Assembly (NCBI GenBank): GCA_963700285.1
Contig: CAVOXA010000010.1
Location: forward strand, 2,088,724-2,152,723
Origin: an uncultured Chloroflexia bacterium
GTDB lineage: Bacteria; Chloroflexota; Anaerolineae; JAAYZQ01
Direction of reading: 5' to 3'
Length of the DNA: 64,000 nucleotides
Part shown: positions 19,364 to 29,759 of the stretch, piece after piece
How the letters are laid out: each line of letters opens with the position of its first letter
Position numbering within the stretch: the stretch's first letter is position 1
The notes under the pieces: model-generated
Databases searched by the model: none
The model's input: only the letters and a program-made list of their open reading frames with translations
Told to the model about the DNA's origin: nothing
Made by a program: the position numbers and the translations under genes

Positions 19364-20620
19364 TCATAATGAACCATCCCTCACAAACAGGGCAACCGAC
19401 TCAACATGAAAGGTCTGAGGTAAGAGGTCCAGAGGTTGGACAATTTGCAAATGGTAGCCACCTTCGACCAGGCGGCGGGCATCGCGCGCCAAAGTGGCAG
19501 GATCGCAGGATACGTAGGCGACCCGCTGGGGCTGCAATCGCACGATCTCTTCAACGATTTGCTTCCCAGCACCGGATCTCGGCGGATCGATCACCATCAG
19601 GTCTATTGGGCCTTCCAGACCGGAGAGTGCCGCCTGTGTCTTGCCCTCGATGGGAACGATATGCTCCAGGCCTTGCGCATTGTATCGAAGATCGGCAATG
19701 GCGCTGGGATCCGCCTCCACGCCGATGACGCGTTTCACATGATCGGCCAGGGCCAATCCAAAGAGTCCCACTCCACAGTAGACGTCCACCAGGGTTTCAC
19801 TGCCTGTGGGAACCAGGCACTCTTGTACCAGCGCCACCAGTGCCTCGGCCCCGGCTGTGTTCTCCTGGAATGAACTGCCAGCCGACACCCGGTATTCGCG
19901 CCCAGCGACCTGCTCAACCAGATAGGGATTGCCCATCAACACCACGACCTCACCGTCGGCCAGTAGGAGCGTGCACGACACCGGAAAATCCACCTCGATG
20001 TCGAAATCCTCATAGTGATCCAACTCAAAGACGGCCAGCAAGTCACCCGTGGCCGAACCGCAGCGCAGGCTTAGCCGATAGAGCTGGGGCCACTCCATGT
20101 CAAGAGCCGCCCACAGGTCGTCGAGCAGGGGATCGAGGATGAGGCATTCCTTGACAGGAACAACATCGAGTGCCTCATCAGCGCTATCGGTCGTTAGAAA
20201 GCCAAGGGTTCCCTCTGGGGTGAGGCTGAACAGGGCATGGTTGCGATAGCCCCATGGCTCAGCAGCGCCGATGGTATCTTGAACGTCTATGTCCCGCAGG
20301 TCACCCAGACGGGCCAATTGATCTATCACCACCTGCTGTTTGAGTTCAGCCTGCATCTCGTAGGCGATATGCTGCAGGTGGCAACCGCTACACTGTCCTG
20401 GACCAAAGTGGGGGCATGGCGGCTCGACACGGTGAGGCGAGGGCTCCAGTACTTCTAGCAGACGCGCTCGTGCCCAGCGGGTGTGGACTTTGACAATCTC
20501 GACGCGCACCCTTTCGCCCGGAATCGTGTAGGGCACAAAAATGACCCGCCCCGAGTGGAGGCCTAGCGCCGATCCGCCATGGGCCATGGCCGAAAGCTGC
20601 AGTTCAACAATCTCAGACAT
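19364..20620 (-). CDS. rlmD: 23S rRNA m5U methyltransferase, RlmD/TrmA family with TRAM domain
   Basis: CPHF..CSGC Fe-S motif, DVYCGVG, IDPPRSG, YVSCDPATLARD, HVE. Confidence 0.88.
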   Translation of the reverse strand: MSEIVELQLSAMAHGGSALGLHSGRVIFVPYTIPGERVRVEIVKVHTRWARARLLEVLEPSPHRVEPPCPHFGPGQCSGCHLQHIAYEMQAELKQQVVIDQLARLGDLRDIDVQDTIGAAEPWGYRNHALFSLTPEGTLGFLTTDSADEALDVVPVKECLILDPLLDDLWAALDMEWPQLYRLSLRCGSATGDLLAVFELDHYEDFDIEVDFPVSCTLLLADGEVVVLMGNPYLVEQVAGREYRVSAGSSFQENTAGAEALVALVQECLVPTGSETLVDVYCGVGLFGLALADHVKRVIGVEADPSAIADLRYNAQGLEHIVPIEGKTQAALSGLEGPIDLMVIDPPRSGAGKQIVEEIVRLQPQRVAYVSCDPATLARDARRLVEGGYHLQIVQPLDLLPQTFHVESVALFVRDGSL

Positions 20621-20623
20621 AGG

Positions 20624-21409
20624 TCATCCCGCTGGAGGACGCCAGATCCGCTCCCCCAGTCCAGTTCCAGGCGCACGAGTGGCTGCAAAGGCCCACACCC
20701 GGCTGGGCATCGCCTCGCTTCCGCCGAAAAGAACGATCATCTGGGTTCGATAGTAACCCAAAGCGGAAACCTTGGCAGTCAGATTGGCAGCATCAAGGGC
20801 TATCATCTCGGGCTGCCAGCCGTCCGCCTTAGCCGGCTGCAAGGCCGGCTCCAAAGCCCCTGGCCTTTCTGCGTAGGGATAGTCTTCGTAGAAGGCCACG
20901 CGGTAGCCCCGGGCCAGGAGTTGCCGGGCCACCCTGTGTACGATCTGGTGATCTACATGGCGGCCTACTCCCAGCGGCGCATAAACCACCGTCATCTCAT
21001 CTGAGGAGATAGCGCCATCCAAAAGGGCGAGCAACCCATCCGCACCTTCCTGTCCCAAGCCATCGGCCGGATGTACTCCTCCAAGAAGCGCTTCTACGTC
21101 TGCATACAACGGTTGGCTTCCGGCGCCGGTACGGTAGACAGCGTCCAGGTACCCCAGATGCTGCACACCGGCGCCGAGAAGCGCCAGCGCCGCGGCGTCT
21201 TCAGCTCGCCGCAGTGCCATCGGCTGGGGGGGATTGCCCCAATAATCGTGCTGCTCTCGGGCAAAAGGGGCAAGGGCATCGTCTCGCACATCCCCGGCAA
21301 AGACGGTAATTACCCGGACCAACTCACCGCCGGTCGTTTGACGGTGGATAGCACCACCGCAAGACAACACGGCATCATCCAGGTGTGGCGAAAGATAGAT
21401 ATGGTTCAC
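20624..21409 (-). CDS. PIG-L/LmbE-family deacetylase
   Basis: LSPHLDDAVLSCGG, RRAED, HVDH, FYEDYPY. Confidence 0.9.
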   Translation of the reverse strand: MNHIYLSPHLDDAVLSCGGAIHRQTTGGELVRVITVFAGDVRDDALAPFAREQHDYWGNPPQPMALRRAEDAAALALLGAGVQHLGYLDAVYRTGAGSQPLYADVEALLGGVHPADGLGQEGADGLLALLDGAISSDEMTVVYAPLGVGRHVDHQIVHRVARQLLARGYRVAFYEDYPYAERPGALEPALQPAKADGWQPEMIALDAANLTAKVSALGYYRTQMIVLFGGSEAMPSRVWAFAATRAPGTGLGERIWRPPAG

Positions 21410-21571
21410 CTATCTAGATCCAACTGCGAACGTTCTGGAACTCGGCCCATCCGCTTGCCTCTGTACAGCTGCCGTCCCGCAAAGTGGCGCCGGTCCCGGC
21501 GCGGGCCAATACAGTCTCTGGTACGAGATGGCCCTGGGGACAGGGTTCGAGCGAGTTCGATGCCGAATCCC

Positions 21572-21600
21572 AGTATAACACCATTGCAACCACGATGCAA
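21572..21600 (-). promoter_or_regulatory. Promoter for the PIG-L/rlmD unit, followed by a long structured leader
   Basis: Minus strand TTGCAT-17 bp-TATACT with an extended TG. Confidence 0.65.
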
Positions 21601-21757
21601 CCAGCAACAGAAACCGGGCCGTCACCGGTGAAAGTGAGGCCCGGCATAGACTGCTGTCTAAAAGAATCATACTCATCAGAAGAGCACGACAGGCAGGAAG
21701 CCACTGCAATCCAGCCGCATTCGCTGTGAGGATGCGTCCTGGTTCAGTGCTCGGGTT

Positions 21758-22327
21758 CTACCACCATGCTGGCATTTCCTGTCGCCGCCTTAATTTGTGG
21801 CGGACAAATAGGAAGAGCAGCAATAGCAGAAGCAGCAGACCCAGGATGGGTAACAGGATAGCCAGGACCGCAAGCACGAGAGAAAGCACATCCTCAGCCG
21901 TACTCACCACTGGATTGCCCACCCCCGCCGTGGTTGCTGTCACAACCGGCCGCGCCGTAGCCTTGACGGCATGTACGCTGCCCGCCACCAGCAGCCCACA
22001 GACCAAAGCCAGGACCGGGTGGGCATCCGTAATGACCCCGGCGCTGGCCGCAAAGAGCACCGCGCCAGCTACCGGGCGGACGAATGTCTGGATCCCGTCG
22101 TTGACCGAATCCACAGCCGGCACCTTGTCCACCAAGATCTCGATGAGCAGCAACACCACCAAGACCCCGATCACCCACCAACTCTCCAGAGTATCCCACG
22201 GAGGCTTGAGGGTGATGAGATCGGTGAAGCGTGCCAACAAAGCTACCACGAGCAGGGGTAGGTAGGCGTTTAGACCCGCCGACGTAGACAGGCCAAAAGC
22301 AGTAAAGACGCTCAGCAGCCCATCCAT
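21758..22327 (-). CDS. DUF4126-family membrane protein
   Basis: GLSTSAGLNAYLPLL, EILVDKVPAVDSVND, RPVAGA, NPVVSTAED. Confidence 0.85.
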   Translation of the reverse strand: MDGLLSVFTAFGLSTSAGLNAYLPLLVVALLARFTDLITLKPPWDTLESWWVIGVLVVLLLIEILVDKVPAVDSVNDGIQTFVRPVAGAVLFAASAGVITDAHPVLALVCGLLVAGSVHAVKATARPVVTATTAGVGNPVVSTAEDVLSLVLAVLAILLPILGLLLLLLLLFLFVRHKLRRRQEMPAWW

Positions 22328-22483
22328 CTCTTTGCCTTTCCGCGAACGCGGCTTTTGCCCAAGATGATGCTCATATCCATCTACCGCTAGACTTTGCCTT
22401 GAGACGCGATCCCAGAGCCGATCCCCAGATGACTCGAACAGGAACTCGCAACCAGCTTGCTCCTGAACCGCCCATCGGGCGCC

Positions 22484-22978
22484 CTAGTAGCCACCTGCAC
22501 TCATGGCTCCAACCAAACCACAGGCCGCGACGGCCCCAAAGACCAGGCACCCGACCACGATCAGTCCAATCGCGATCCAGCCCATGACAATGCCCGCCAG
22601 GGCCAGTCCGTCGCCAGAGACCTCGTCTGGCCGCGCGCGGATATCCCTGCGGGCCATGTAGCCCAGGACAATGGCCAGGATACCACCCACAATGGGCAGT
22701 ATCGTCAGTCCCGCGACACCCGATACCAGGGCGGCTACAGCCAGCCCGCTGGTGGGTACGGATGGCGACGCTGCGGCCGGGGGCGGCGGCTCAGCCGGCG
22801 CTACCTTCGCAACCTCTACGGCGACATCTTCCTCAAGATGCTCATCTATGACTTTATCCACAGTGTCGCTCTCCTGAAGCATCTCGACAAAAACATCTTC
22901 CGCGTTCATTGCGGCGCCGCAATTGCCGCAGAAATCGGCTTCGTCCTGATTGGGCGCACCACACATGGGACAGAACAT
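22484..22978 (-). CDS. Zinc-ribbon plus DUF4190 membrane protein
   Basis: MFCPMCG..FCGNCG; TSGLAVAALVSG..LGYMARRDI..GDGLALAGIVMG. Confidence 0.85.
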   Translation of the reverse strand: MFCPMCGAPNQDEADFCGNCGAAMNAEDVFVEMLQESDTVDKVIDEHLEEDVAVEVAKVAPAEPPPPAAASPSVPTSGLAVAALVSGVAGLTILPIVGGILAIVLGYMARRDIRARPDEVSGDGLALAGIVMGWIAIGLIVVGCLVFGAVAACGLVGAMSAGGY

Positions 22979-23063
22979 TTTCAACCTCCGTTGCAAAAGT
23001 CCAAGCAGGCGCTACGACGATCCAGAAGAGACCATCGCAGCGCCTGTCAATATGGGAGCCAGC

Positions 23064-23825
23064 CTAGTCCTCGACTTGCTCTTCGTCGGTCTCCGGGGCC
23101 TCATCCTCATCGGGCTCAAAGACGACCGTGTCTTCCTCAACCACCGGTGCGATAGCCATCAGTTGGCCCTTGGCTTCTACGTAGGCCTGGCCGTACAGGT
23201 GGCCGATGACCATCACCGCGTAGGGCATGGTTACCAGCCAGCCAATGCCGCACACGAGGCTGCCGAGGTTGCCGATGAAGGAAGCGACCCAGCTCATCAA
23301 GAAGGTCACCAGGTAGGTCGCAAAGCTGTCGCGGACAAACCCAAAGACTTCGCCGAAACGGAAAGCGGCGCTCATTTCGCCCTCGGCGGCGAAAAAGGCG
23401 ACGGCCGCCGGGTAGACGAGGGAGATGGCGATGGCGTACAGCAGGGTGAAGCAGCTAAGGCAGAAGCTCAGGAATGAACTCGCCCCCACTGCATTCTCAT
23501 TGAGCGCGCCGATGGGCACCCCCAGACACAGGGAGAGGATGATAAGGGGCAGCGCGTAGACGATGCCGATGACAATGACCTTCAGGCCATCGATGAGCAG
23601 GTCGCCCCAATTGTCCCACTCGGGCAAGCTGTCCAGTTCACCCCGCAGAACCTGGCGGATGATCGCGACCGAATAACCGCCCAGCAGGGCAACGGCCAGG
23701 ATCAAGGGAATGAGCAGCATCCACGAAAACAGAACGCCAAGCAACAGGATGGCTGCGGCGATCAGGATCTTGACGATCCATTGATCATCCTCGAATACAA
23801 ACGTAAACGACTTTCCAATGTCCAC
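23064..23825 (-). CDS. DUF4013-family membrane protein
   Basis: DIGKSFTFVFEDDQW, LPEWDNWG, AAFRFGEV, HLYGQAY. Confidence 0.85.
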   Translation of the reverse strand: MDIGKSFTFVFEDDQWIVKILIAAAILLLGVLFSWMLLIPLILAVALLGGYSVAIIRQVLRGELDSLPEWDNWGDLLIDGLKVIVIGIVYALPLIILSLCLGVPIGALNENAVGASSFLSFCLSCFTLLYAIAISLVYPAAVAFFAAEGEMSAAFRFGEVFGFVRDSFATYLVTFLMSWVASFIGNLGSLVCGIGWLVTMPYAVMVIGHLYGQAYVEAKGQLMAIAPVVEEDTVVFEPDEDEAPETDEEQVED

Positions 23826-23889
23826 TGTTTCCTCCTTGCGTTTTTGTCTACTGCATCGAATTTGCAGTTAGGCGGTAGGCGGCAATCTT

Positions 23890-24589
23890 CTAGGCAATCT
23901 CCGCTTCAGGCGCGGCAGCCAGCCTTTGACCAGTTGCCGCCAGATAGGCCTGGCCACGCAGATGCGCCGTGATCCAGCCGGCATACGGAGCAGTCACCAG
24001 GAAGCCCACACCGCAGGCCAACAGCCCCAGGCCAGAGATGATGCTGGCGACCCAGCCGATGACCAGGACGATCAGGTAGGTCCCAAAGTTATCTCGGACC
24101 AAACTAAACACATCCCCAAAACGGAAGGCAGCGCTGAACTCATCTTCTGCCACGAACAAGGCAATGGCTGCCGGCAGCAACAAGCCCATGACGATGCCCC
24201 AAAGGAGATTGAAGCAGCCCAAGAGTGAGCTAAATAGAGAGCTCACCTCCTGAGCCTTCTCAGCAGCGATACCAATGGCAGGACCCAGACAAACACTGAC
24301 GATGATGATGGGCAGGGCATAGATTACGCCGATGACCCAGGCCTTCACACCATCGATGAGCAGTTCGCCCCAGTTGTCCCATTCGGGCAGCACGCGGACT
24401 GGCGCCGTTGATCACCCGGCGGGTGATCTCGACCCCATAGCCGCCCAGCAGAAGCCCGGCCAGGATGAGAGGAATGAGGAGCATCCATGAGAAGAAAATG
24501 CCTAGCGCCAGAATGGCCGCCGCGATCAGGATCTTGGTGATCCACCGATCATCATCAAACACGTACGCAAAGGATTTTCCGATGTCCAT
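23890..24589 (-). CDS. DUF4013-family membrane protein, paralog, frameshift near 24397
   Basis: MDIGKSFAYVFDDDRW in one frame, LPEWDNWG..HLRGQAY in another. Confidence 0.8.
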
Positions 24590-24619
24590 CTCTTCCTCCT
24601 TGTGTAGTTAGTCCTCCGC

Positions 24620-24648
24620 ATTATACCAGAAGTCGCCATTTCTGGCAA
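24620..24648 (-). promoter_or_regulatory. Promoter for the DUF4013 cluster
   Basis: Minus strand TTGCCA-17 bp-TATAAT with TG; overlaps the palindrome CCAGAA-N8-TTCTGG. Confidence 0.7.
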
Positions 24649-24704
24649 CCAATCATCTCTACGCTGGAAGCGCTGTTAAGTTTCAGACGCTACCAGCCAG
24701 CCTG

Positions 24705-25875
24705 TCACACGCGTACTGCTGGATCGAAGAGCCGGGCGTACTCGTCCAGCGCGAAACGATCGGTCATGCCGGCGATATAGTCGCACACGATCCGTTCCAT
24801 CGGTTCTTCCATCAGCACTTGATGCGCGCCTGGATCGTGTCGGGCAACTGGGCCGGTTCCTGTGATATAGGCCTCAAAGATGGCCTCCAGTACCCGCTGG
24901 GCCTTGGCTGCCATGCGCATCACCCGCCAGTGACGATAGAGGCGCTGGTAGAGGAAGGACTTGAGTTCGCGCTGGCGGGCCGCCACACCCGCCGACAGGC
25001 CGATGATCTGCGAGCCCCGTGCTCGAAGCTTGGCCACCGAATCGATCCCCTCCTCCTGAAGGCGCAGGGCGGTGGTCTGCACCGCGTCGGTCACGCCCCA
25101 GCCGATTAGAGCGCGGATGAGCCTGTGCCGATCTACCTTGCTCAGTTCTGCGCAGGTATCCAGCCCCATCTCGGCCACCAGTACGTTCCAGAGGGTCACC
25201 TCCTGCAGATCCAGGGGCGTGATCAGGCCCGCGCGCAACCCGTCGTCCAGGTCGTGGGCGCTGTAGGCCAGCTCGTCGGCCACGTTGGCAATCTGCCCTT
25301 CCAGCGAGCAGGCCAGGTCCGGCTCGTACCCGCTGGCATCACTCACGTCGTACTCGGTCTCGTGTTTGACCAGGCCCTCGCGGACCTCCCAGGTCAGATT
25401 CAGACCCGGCCAGCCGGGGAAGCGTTTCTCCAGCTTTTCGACGATGCGCAGGGTCTGGCGGTTGTGGTCAAAGCCGCCGTGGCCGGCCATCAGCTCGTTC
25501 AGCGTCTGCTCGCCCGAGTGCCCAAAGGCCGGATGGCCCAGGTCGTGCCCCAGGCAGATGGCCTCGGTCAGGTCCTCGTTGACGCCCAGCGCCCGGGCCA
25601 GCGTCCGGCCGATCTGGGCCACCTCCAGGGTGTGGGTCAAGCGCGTGCGGTAATAGTCGCCTTCCGAGATGACAAAGACCTGGGTCTTGTACTCTAGCCG
25701 GCGAAAGGCCGTGGTGTGGATGATCCGGTCCCGGTCGCGCTGGAAGGCGGTCCGGTACGCCGGCTCGTGGTCGGGATAGACCCGGCCCCGTGAGTCCTGG
25801 CTGCGCAAGGCATAGGGAGCCAGGATCTCGATCCTCCAGTTGCTCGAGACGTTCTCGCGAATACAACATCGTCAT
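24705..25875 (-). CDS. dgt: Deoxyguanosinetriphosphate triphosphohydrolase (HD), frameshift near the 5' end
   Basis: FQRDRDRIIH..FRRLEYKTQVF, RTRLTHTLEV, HDLGH, DYIAGMTD. The N-terminus MLYSRERLEQLE is in another frame. Confidence 0.9.
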
Positions 25876-25910
25876 ACCTCCCCTACTCAGCGATGCCTGA
25901 GCGAGTGCCC

Positions 25911-27422
25911 TCACACCTGCAGTTGAGGGACGATAAACAAAAACAGACTAACCAGGTCAAGGCAAATGAGTAGGAGATAGGGCGCTGCGTGAACCGCAGG
26001 GTCCCAGGAGCCGGGCAGAAAACGGCGGAGGCCAAACGTGACTCCGGCCGCAACTAGAATCAGTACGGACCAACTGCCCCCCCCTGCCAGCCACAGGATG
26101 ACGGCACTGGCGACCAGCAGAGCAGCCAGTGGCAGGGCGCGCTCGCGGCGCAGGGTCTCCCGCCAGCCCAGGGCCACGGCCAGGCTGATGGGAACCAGCG
26201 CCGAAAAGAGATAGCGGCCCTGATGTTGGAGAAAGCTGGTATTGTACCATAGGTAGGCTGCCAGAGTGAACAGTCCAGAGAGCGCCAGCAGGCCGCCAGC
26301 CGCCCACTGCCACGCGGCGAAAACCTCCCTGTGCCGCCACGCGCGCGCCGCCCACAAGAGAAGGCCGATCAAGGCCAGCGCCGAGAGAATGGCCATGACC
26401 TGGTACAGGCGCACATCCAGAAGCACTCCCATCCAGCCAAACTGTCCCCAGAAGCTGCGAAAAGAGGTCGTGATAAAATCGAGGGCCAGTTTGGCAGGCC
26501 CGAATTGGGCCAAGAACTCGGCGGTACGCAACTGGCCGGCAACCACCTGGTCGTGGCGAACCAGCCCCAAAAGATCCAGGCCTTCGTACAATGCAATGTT
26601 GCGCAGCCACCAGGGCAGCGCCAGTCCCAGGGCCGGCAGCAGGTACAGGGCCGCGGCCTTGATCGTGTCGGTCAGGGGCGGAGGCTCGCGGTCGAGCCAC
26701 AGGTGGCGGGCGACGATGGCCAGCAGCACCAGGGGCGGCGCGATATAGACCGAAGATTTGGTGATGAGGCCCAGGCCGGTGGTGATACCCAGCAGCACGA
26801 GCAGTTGCTTTGCCCTCTCCTGACCCGCTGCAGCGACAGCATCTTTCAGATAGCGGATGGTCAGAAGGAGGATGAGGGCCAGAAGCAGCTCGGCCAGCAC
26901 GTCATTGTTGGCCGCTGCGGTCATGGCCAAGTGCATCGGCAGAAAGGCGACAAAGGCCGTGGCGCCCAGGGCCAGGAAAAGGCGCTCTGGTGCCAGGGCC
27001 AGCACGGTCCAATCGATGACCAGGAGCAGCAGGGCGCCCAAAACCACGGAGAGGAGGCGCAGTGGCAGGAGCGCGCCGCCGAAAACACCATAGACCGGCA
27101 CAGCCAGCAGGTAGTAGAGGGGTGGTTGGTGGAACTCGTAGCGGATGGGGGCGATGCTCATCTCGGGCGGAAAGCGGGCGGCCTTGATCTCCTCCAGGTA
27201 GGCGGCGGGATAGTCGCCGGGCTTGAGCACCGGGAAGCGGCGCTGTTCGGCCAGGTACTGGACGTAATTATAGTGGGCCGGTTCGTCGGGCGCCTGCCAG
27301 GCGGGCGTGTATAGGGCGTACAGCGTCCCCAAGATGAGGTAGAGCAGGATGATAGCAGGCAGGAGCCAATTGGCGGACTGGTTCGACGAGCACTGAGGCA
27401 TGGTGCCTTTTCTTTCCATCAC
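25911..27422 (-). CDS. GT-C (ArnT/PMT-like, DUF2142-type) membrane glycosyltransferase
   Basis: PAWQAPDEPAHY, YEFHQPPLYY, NNDVLAE, SFWGQFGW, QGRYLF. Start uncertain (27422, 27419 or 27401). Confidence 0.85.
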   Translation of the reverse strand: MMERKGTMPQCSSNQSANWLLPAIILLYLILGTLYALYTPAWQAPDEPAHYNYVQYLAEQRRFPVLKPGDYPAAYLEEIKAARFPPEMSIAPIRYEFHQPPLYYLLAVPVYGVFGGALLPLRLLSVVLGALLLLVIDWTVLALAPERLFLALGATAFVAFLPMHLAMTAAANNDVLAELLLALILLLTIRYLKDAVAAAGQERAKQLLVLLGITTGLGLITKSSVYIAPPLVLLAIVARHLWLDREPPPLTDTIKAAALYLLPALGLALPWWLRNIALYEGLDLLGLVRHDQVVAGQLRTAEFLAQFGPAKLALDFITTSFRSFWGQFGWMGVLLDVRLYQVMAILSALALIGLLLWAARAWRHREVFAAWQWAAGGLLALSGLFTLAAYLWYNTSFLQHQGRYLFSALVPISLAVALGWRETLRRERALPLAALLVASAVILWLAGGGSWSVLILVAAGVTFGLRRFLPGSWDPAVHAAPYLLLICLDLVSLFLFIVPQLQV

Positions 27423-27511
27423 TATTCTACCCTACCCCAAGGAAAAGGATAAACGCGTGAAATGAAGAATAGACCACAACAGACCCTACAATGACGCGAG
27501 TACGGCAGGGG

Positions 27512-28690
27512 CTAGCCGGCAGCACCGAGTCTCCGATAGAGTGCCAAGGTATCCGCCGCGATCTTTTCCCAGCGGAACTGCTCCGAGAGGGTCTTGGCCG
27601 CCTCGCCCAGCGTACGGCGCAGGTCCGGCGCGCCGGCCAGCTGGGCGATGGCCTCTGCCAGGGCCGCCGGCTGTTCCGGCGGCACCAGGAGCACGTTGCC
27701 CCCGTCGACCAGTTCGGGCAGCGAGAGGCGGGGCCGGGTGGTCAGGATGGGCGCCCCGTGGGCCAGGGCGGCGTGGAACGTGCCGTGCAGGAACGATACG
27801 CCGTCGCGGTAGGGCAGCACGCACAGGTCGGCCGCATCAAAACCTGCCGACACCTCCTCGGTGGGGACATAGCCGGTCCAGCGGACGCGGTCCTCCAGTC
27901 CCAGCTCGGCGATGAGCGCCTGGATGTGAGCCAGGTAGGCGACGTTGGTCGGGTCGCTGGCGCCGGTCTGGCCGCCGATAAAGATCAGAGACGGATTGAC
28001 CGCGTGTTGCGGATCAGTAGCCAGGAGGTCCAGGGCGTGGAGCAGGGTATCCACGCCCTTGCGGTCGTTGACAAAACCAAAGAAGCACAGCAGCAGGTCG
28101 CCAGGGCCCGCACCCCAGCGCGCCCGCCAGGCGTCGCGGTCATAGCCTTCGGGCAGCCTGGGCTCGATGTTGGAGCCGATGGGGATCAGGGCCGGGCTCT
28201 GCCAATACCGCCCATGCGCTGCTGCAGCGCCTCAAAATCCTCGCGGTTGGTGGTGATGGCCGCATCGCTCTGGCGGGCCAGCTCATTCACCACCCAGCGG
28301 CGCAGCCGGCCCGGCCTTGGGAAAGAGGTAGGGCACCTTGAGGTCGTGGAAGGTGACGACGGTCGCCGGGCGCTCGGCGCCCAGCCAGCCCAGGCGCCGT
28401 GGCAATAGGTTGATGGCCGGGTGCATGGCATAGGCCGCGGCCTGGTACTGGACGTGGACCACGTCCGGCTGCTGCTGGCGGACCAGGTCGAGAAGCACGC
28501 CCCAGCAGCGCCAGCTCCAGCGCTCGATGAGGGGATGAACCGTCAGGCCTGCCACCGGGCCAGCCTGGGTCGAGGTCACAACGTGTACCTCGCAGCCCAG
28601 GTCGTGCAGGGCCAGGCCGATCTCCCGGGTGTAGTCGCCCACACCACCCTGCATGGGCGGGAACTCGCCGGTGACAAACAGGACCTTCAT
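27512..28690 (-). CDS. Glycosyltransferase family 4, frameshifted
   Basis: [27 protein letters not shown]; downstream frames [18 protein letters not shown]. Confidence 0.85.
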
Positions 28691-29737
28691 GGCTGCCGCA
28701 CGCCGGCAGAGGAGGCAGGCGTCCGGAGACCCGAGCGCAGCACCTGGCGGTAGGCCCGCAGCCGCTCCGCACGCAGGGGGCGTTTGTGACCCACCAGCCA
28801 CTTTAGCCCCTCCCGGCCCAGTTGGTAGACATAGGTTGCCAGCAGAAACCAGCGCAATACCTCGGCCTGGAAAGCGCCGTGGTGCTTGCGAAAGTAGCGC
28901 ACCTTGCTGCTCTGAAAATGGATGTGCCGGGCAGGGACCACCTGCTCGCTGCTCTTGCCTTCGTGGTGGATGACGGTGGCGGTGGGCAGATAGACGACTT
29001 CCCAGCCAGCGTCCTTGATGCGCCGGCACCAGTCCAGTTCTTCGGAGTACATGAAAAAGCCCTCGTCCAGCCCGCCGACCTGTTCGTAGGCCTGGCGGCG
29101 GACGAGCAGGCAGGCGCCCACGACCCAGTCCACCGGCTGGATCAGCGTCGTCGGGCGTGTCGGCCATGTAGTAGCGGCGCAGAATGCGGTTGTCGGGCCA
29201 CCACTCCTGCACGACGGTGCTTTCGACCAGGGCCGTGGCAAAGGTGGGAAAGCGCCGGCGCGACGATTGCAGGCTGCCATCCGGGTAGCGGAGCTGCGGC
29301 CCCAGCGCGCCGACTTCTGGCTGGCCGTCCATGTAGCCGACCATCGTCGCCAGGGCGTCGCCCACCACCTCGGTGTCGGGGTTGAGCAGCAGGAGGTAGC
29401 GGCCCTGGCTCAGGGCCAGGCCCTGGTTGTTGGCGGCGGTGAATCCCCGGTTCTCGTCGTTGGCGATCAGGTGGACGCTGGGGAACTCGGCGCGGACCAT
29501 CTCCGCACTGCCATCGCGTGCTGGCATTGTCCACGACGATGAATCGGTTCGAAGTGCGAGGTTCGAGGTTTTGTTCTGAGGTCCAACCCAGGGGGTTCGA
29601 GGTCTAGCCCTTGCGGGCTCGAGCCCGCAAGTTTCGCCATCCTCCGTCGAACCTCGAACATCGAACATCGAACCCAGACAGCGGCGGAGCAGGTCGCGGA
29701 CGTTCCAGCTTACGATGACGATGGTCAGGTCAACCAC
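28687..29737 (-). CDS. Glycosyltransferase family 2 (WbbL-like), frameshifted, with a repeat-bounded insertion
   Basis: [57 protein letters not shown]. Confidence 0.85.
29547..29674. repeat. Inverted heptamer arrays (TCGAAC[A/C]) bounding a ~130-bp insert in the GT2 gene
   Basis: TCGAACC-TCGAACA-TCGAACA-TCGAACC at 29647-74; complementary GGTTCGA copies near 29547-70 and 29594-600. Confidence 0.75.
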
Positions 29738-29759
29738 GTCCCCCTCCGCTTGGTGGGGC

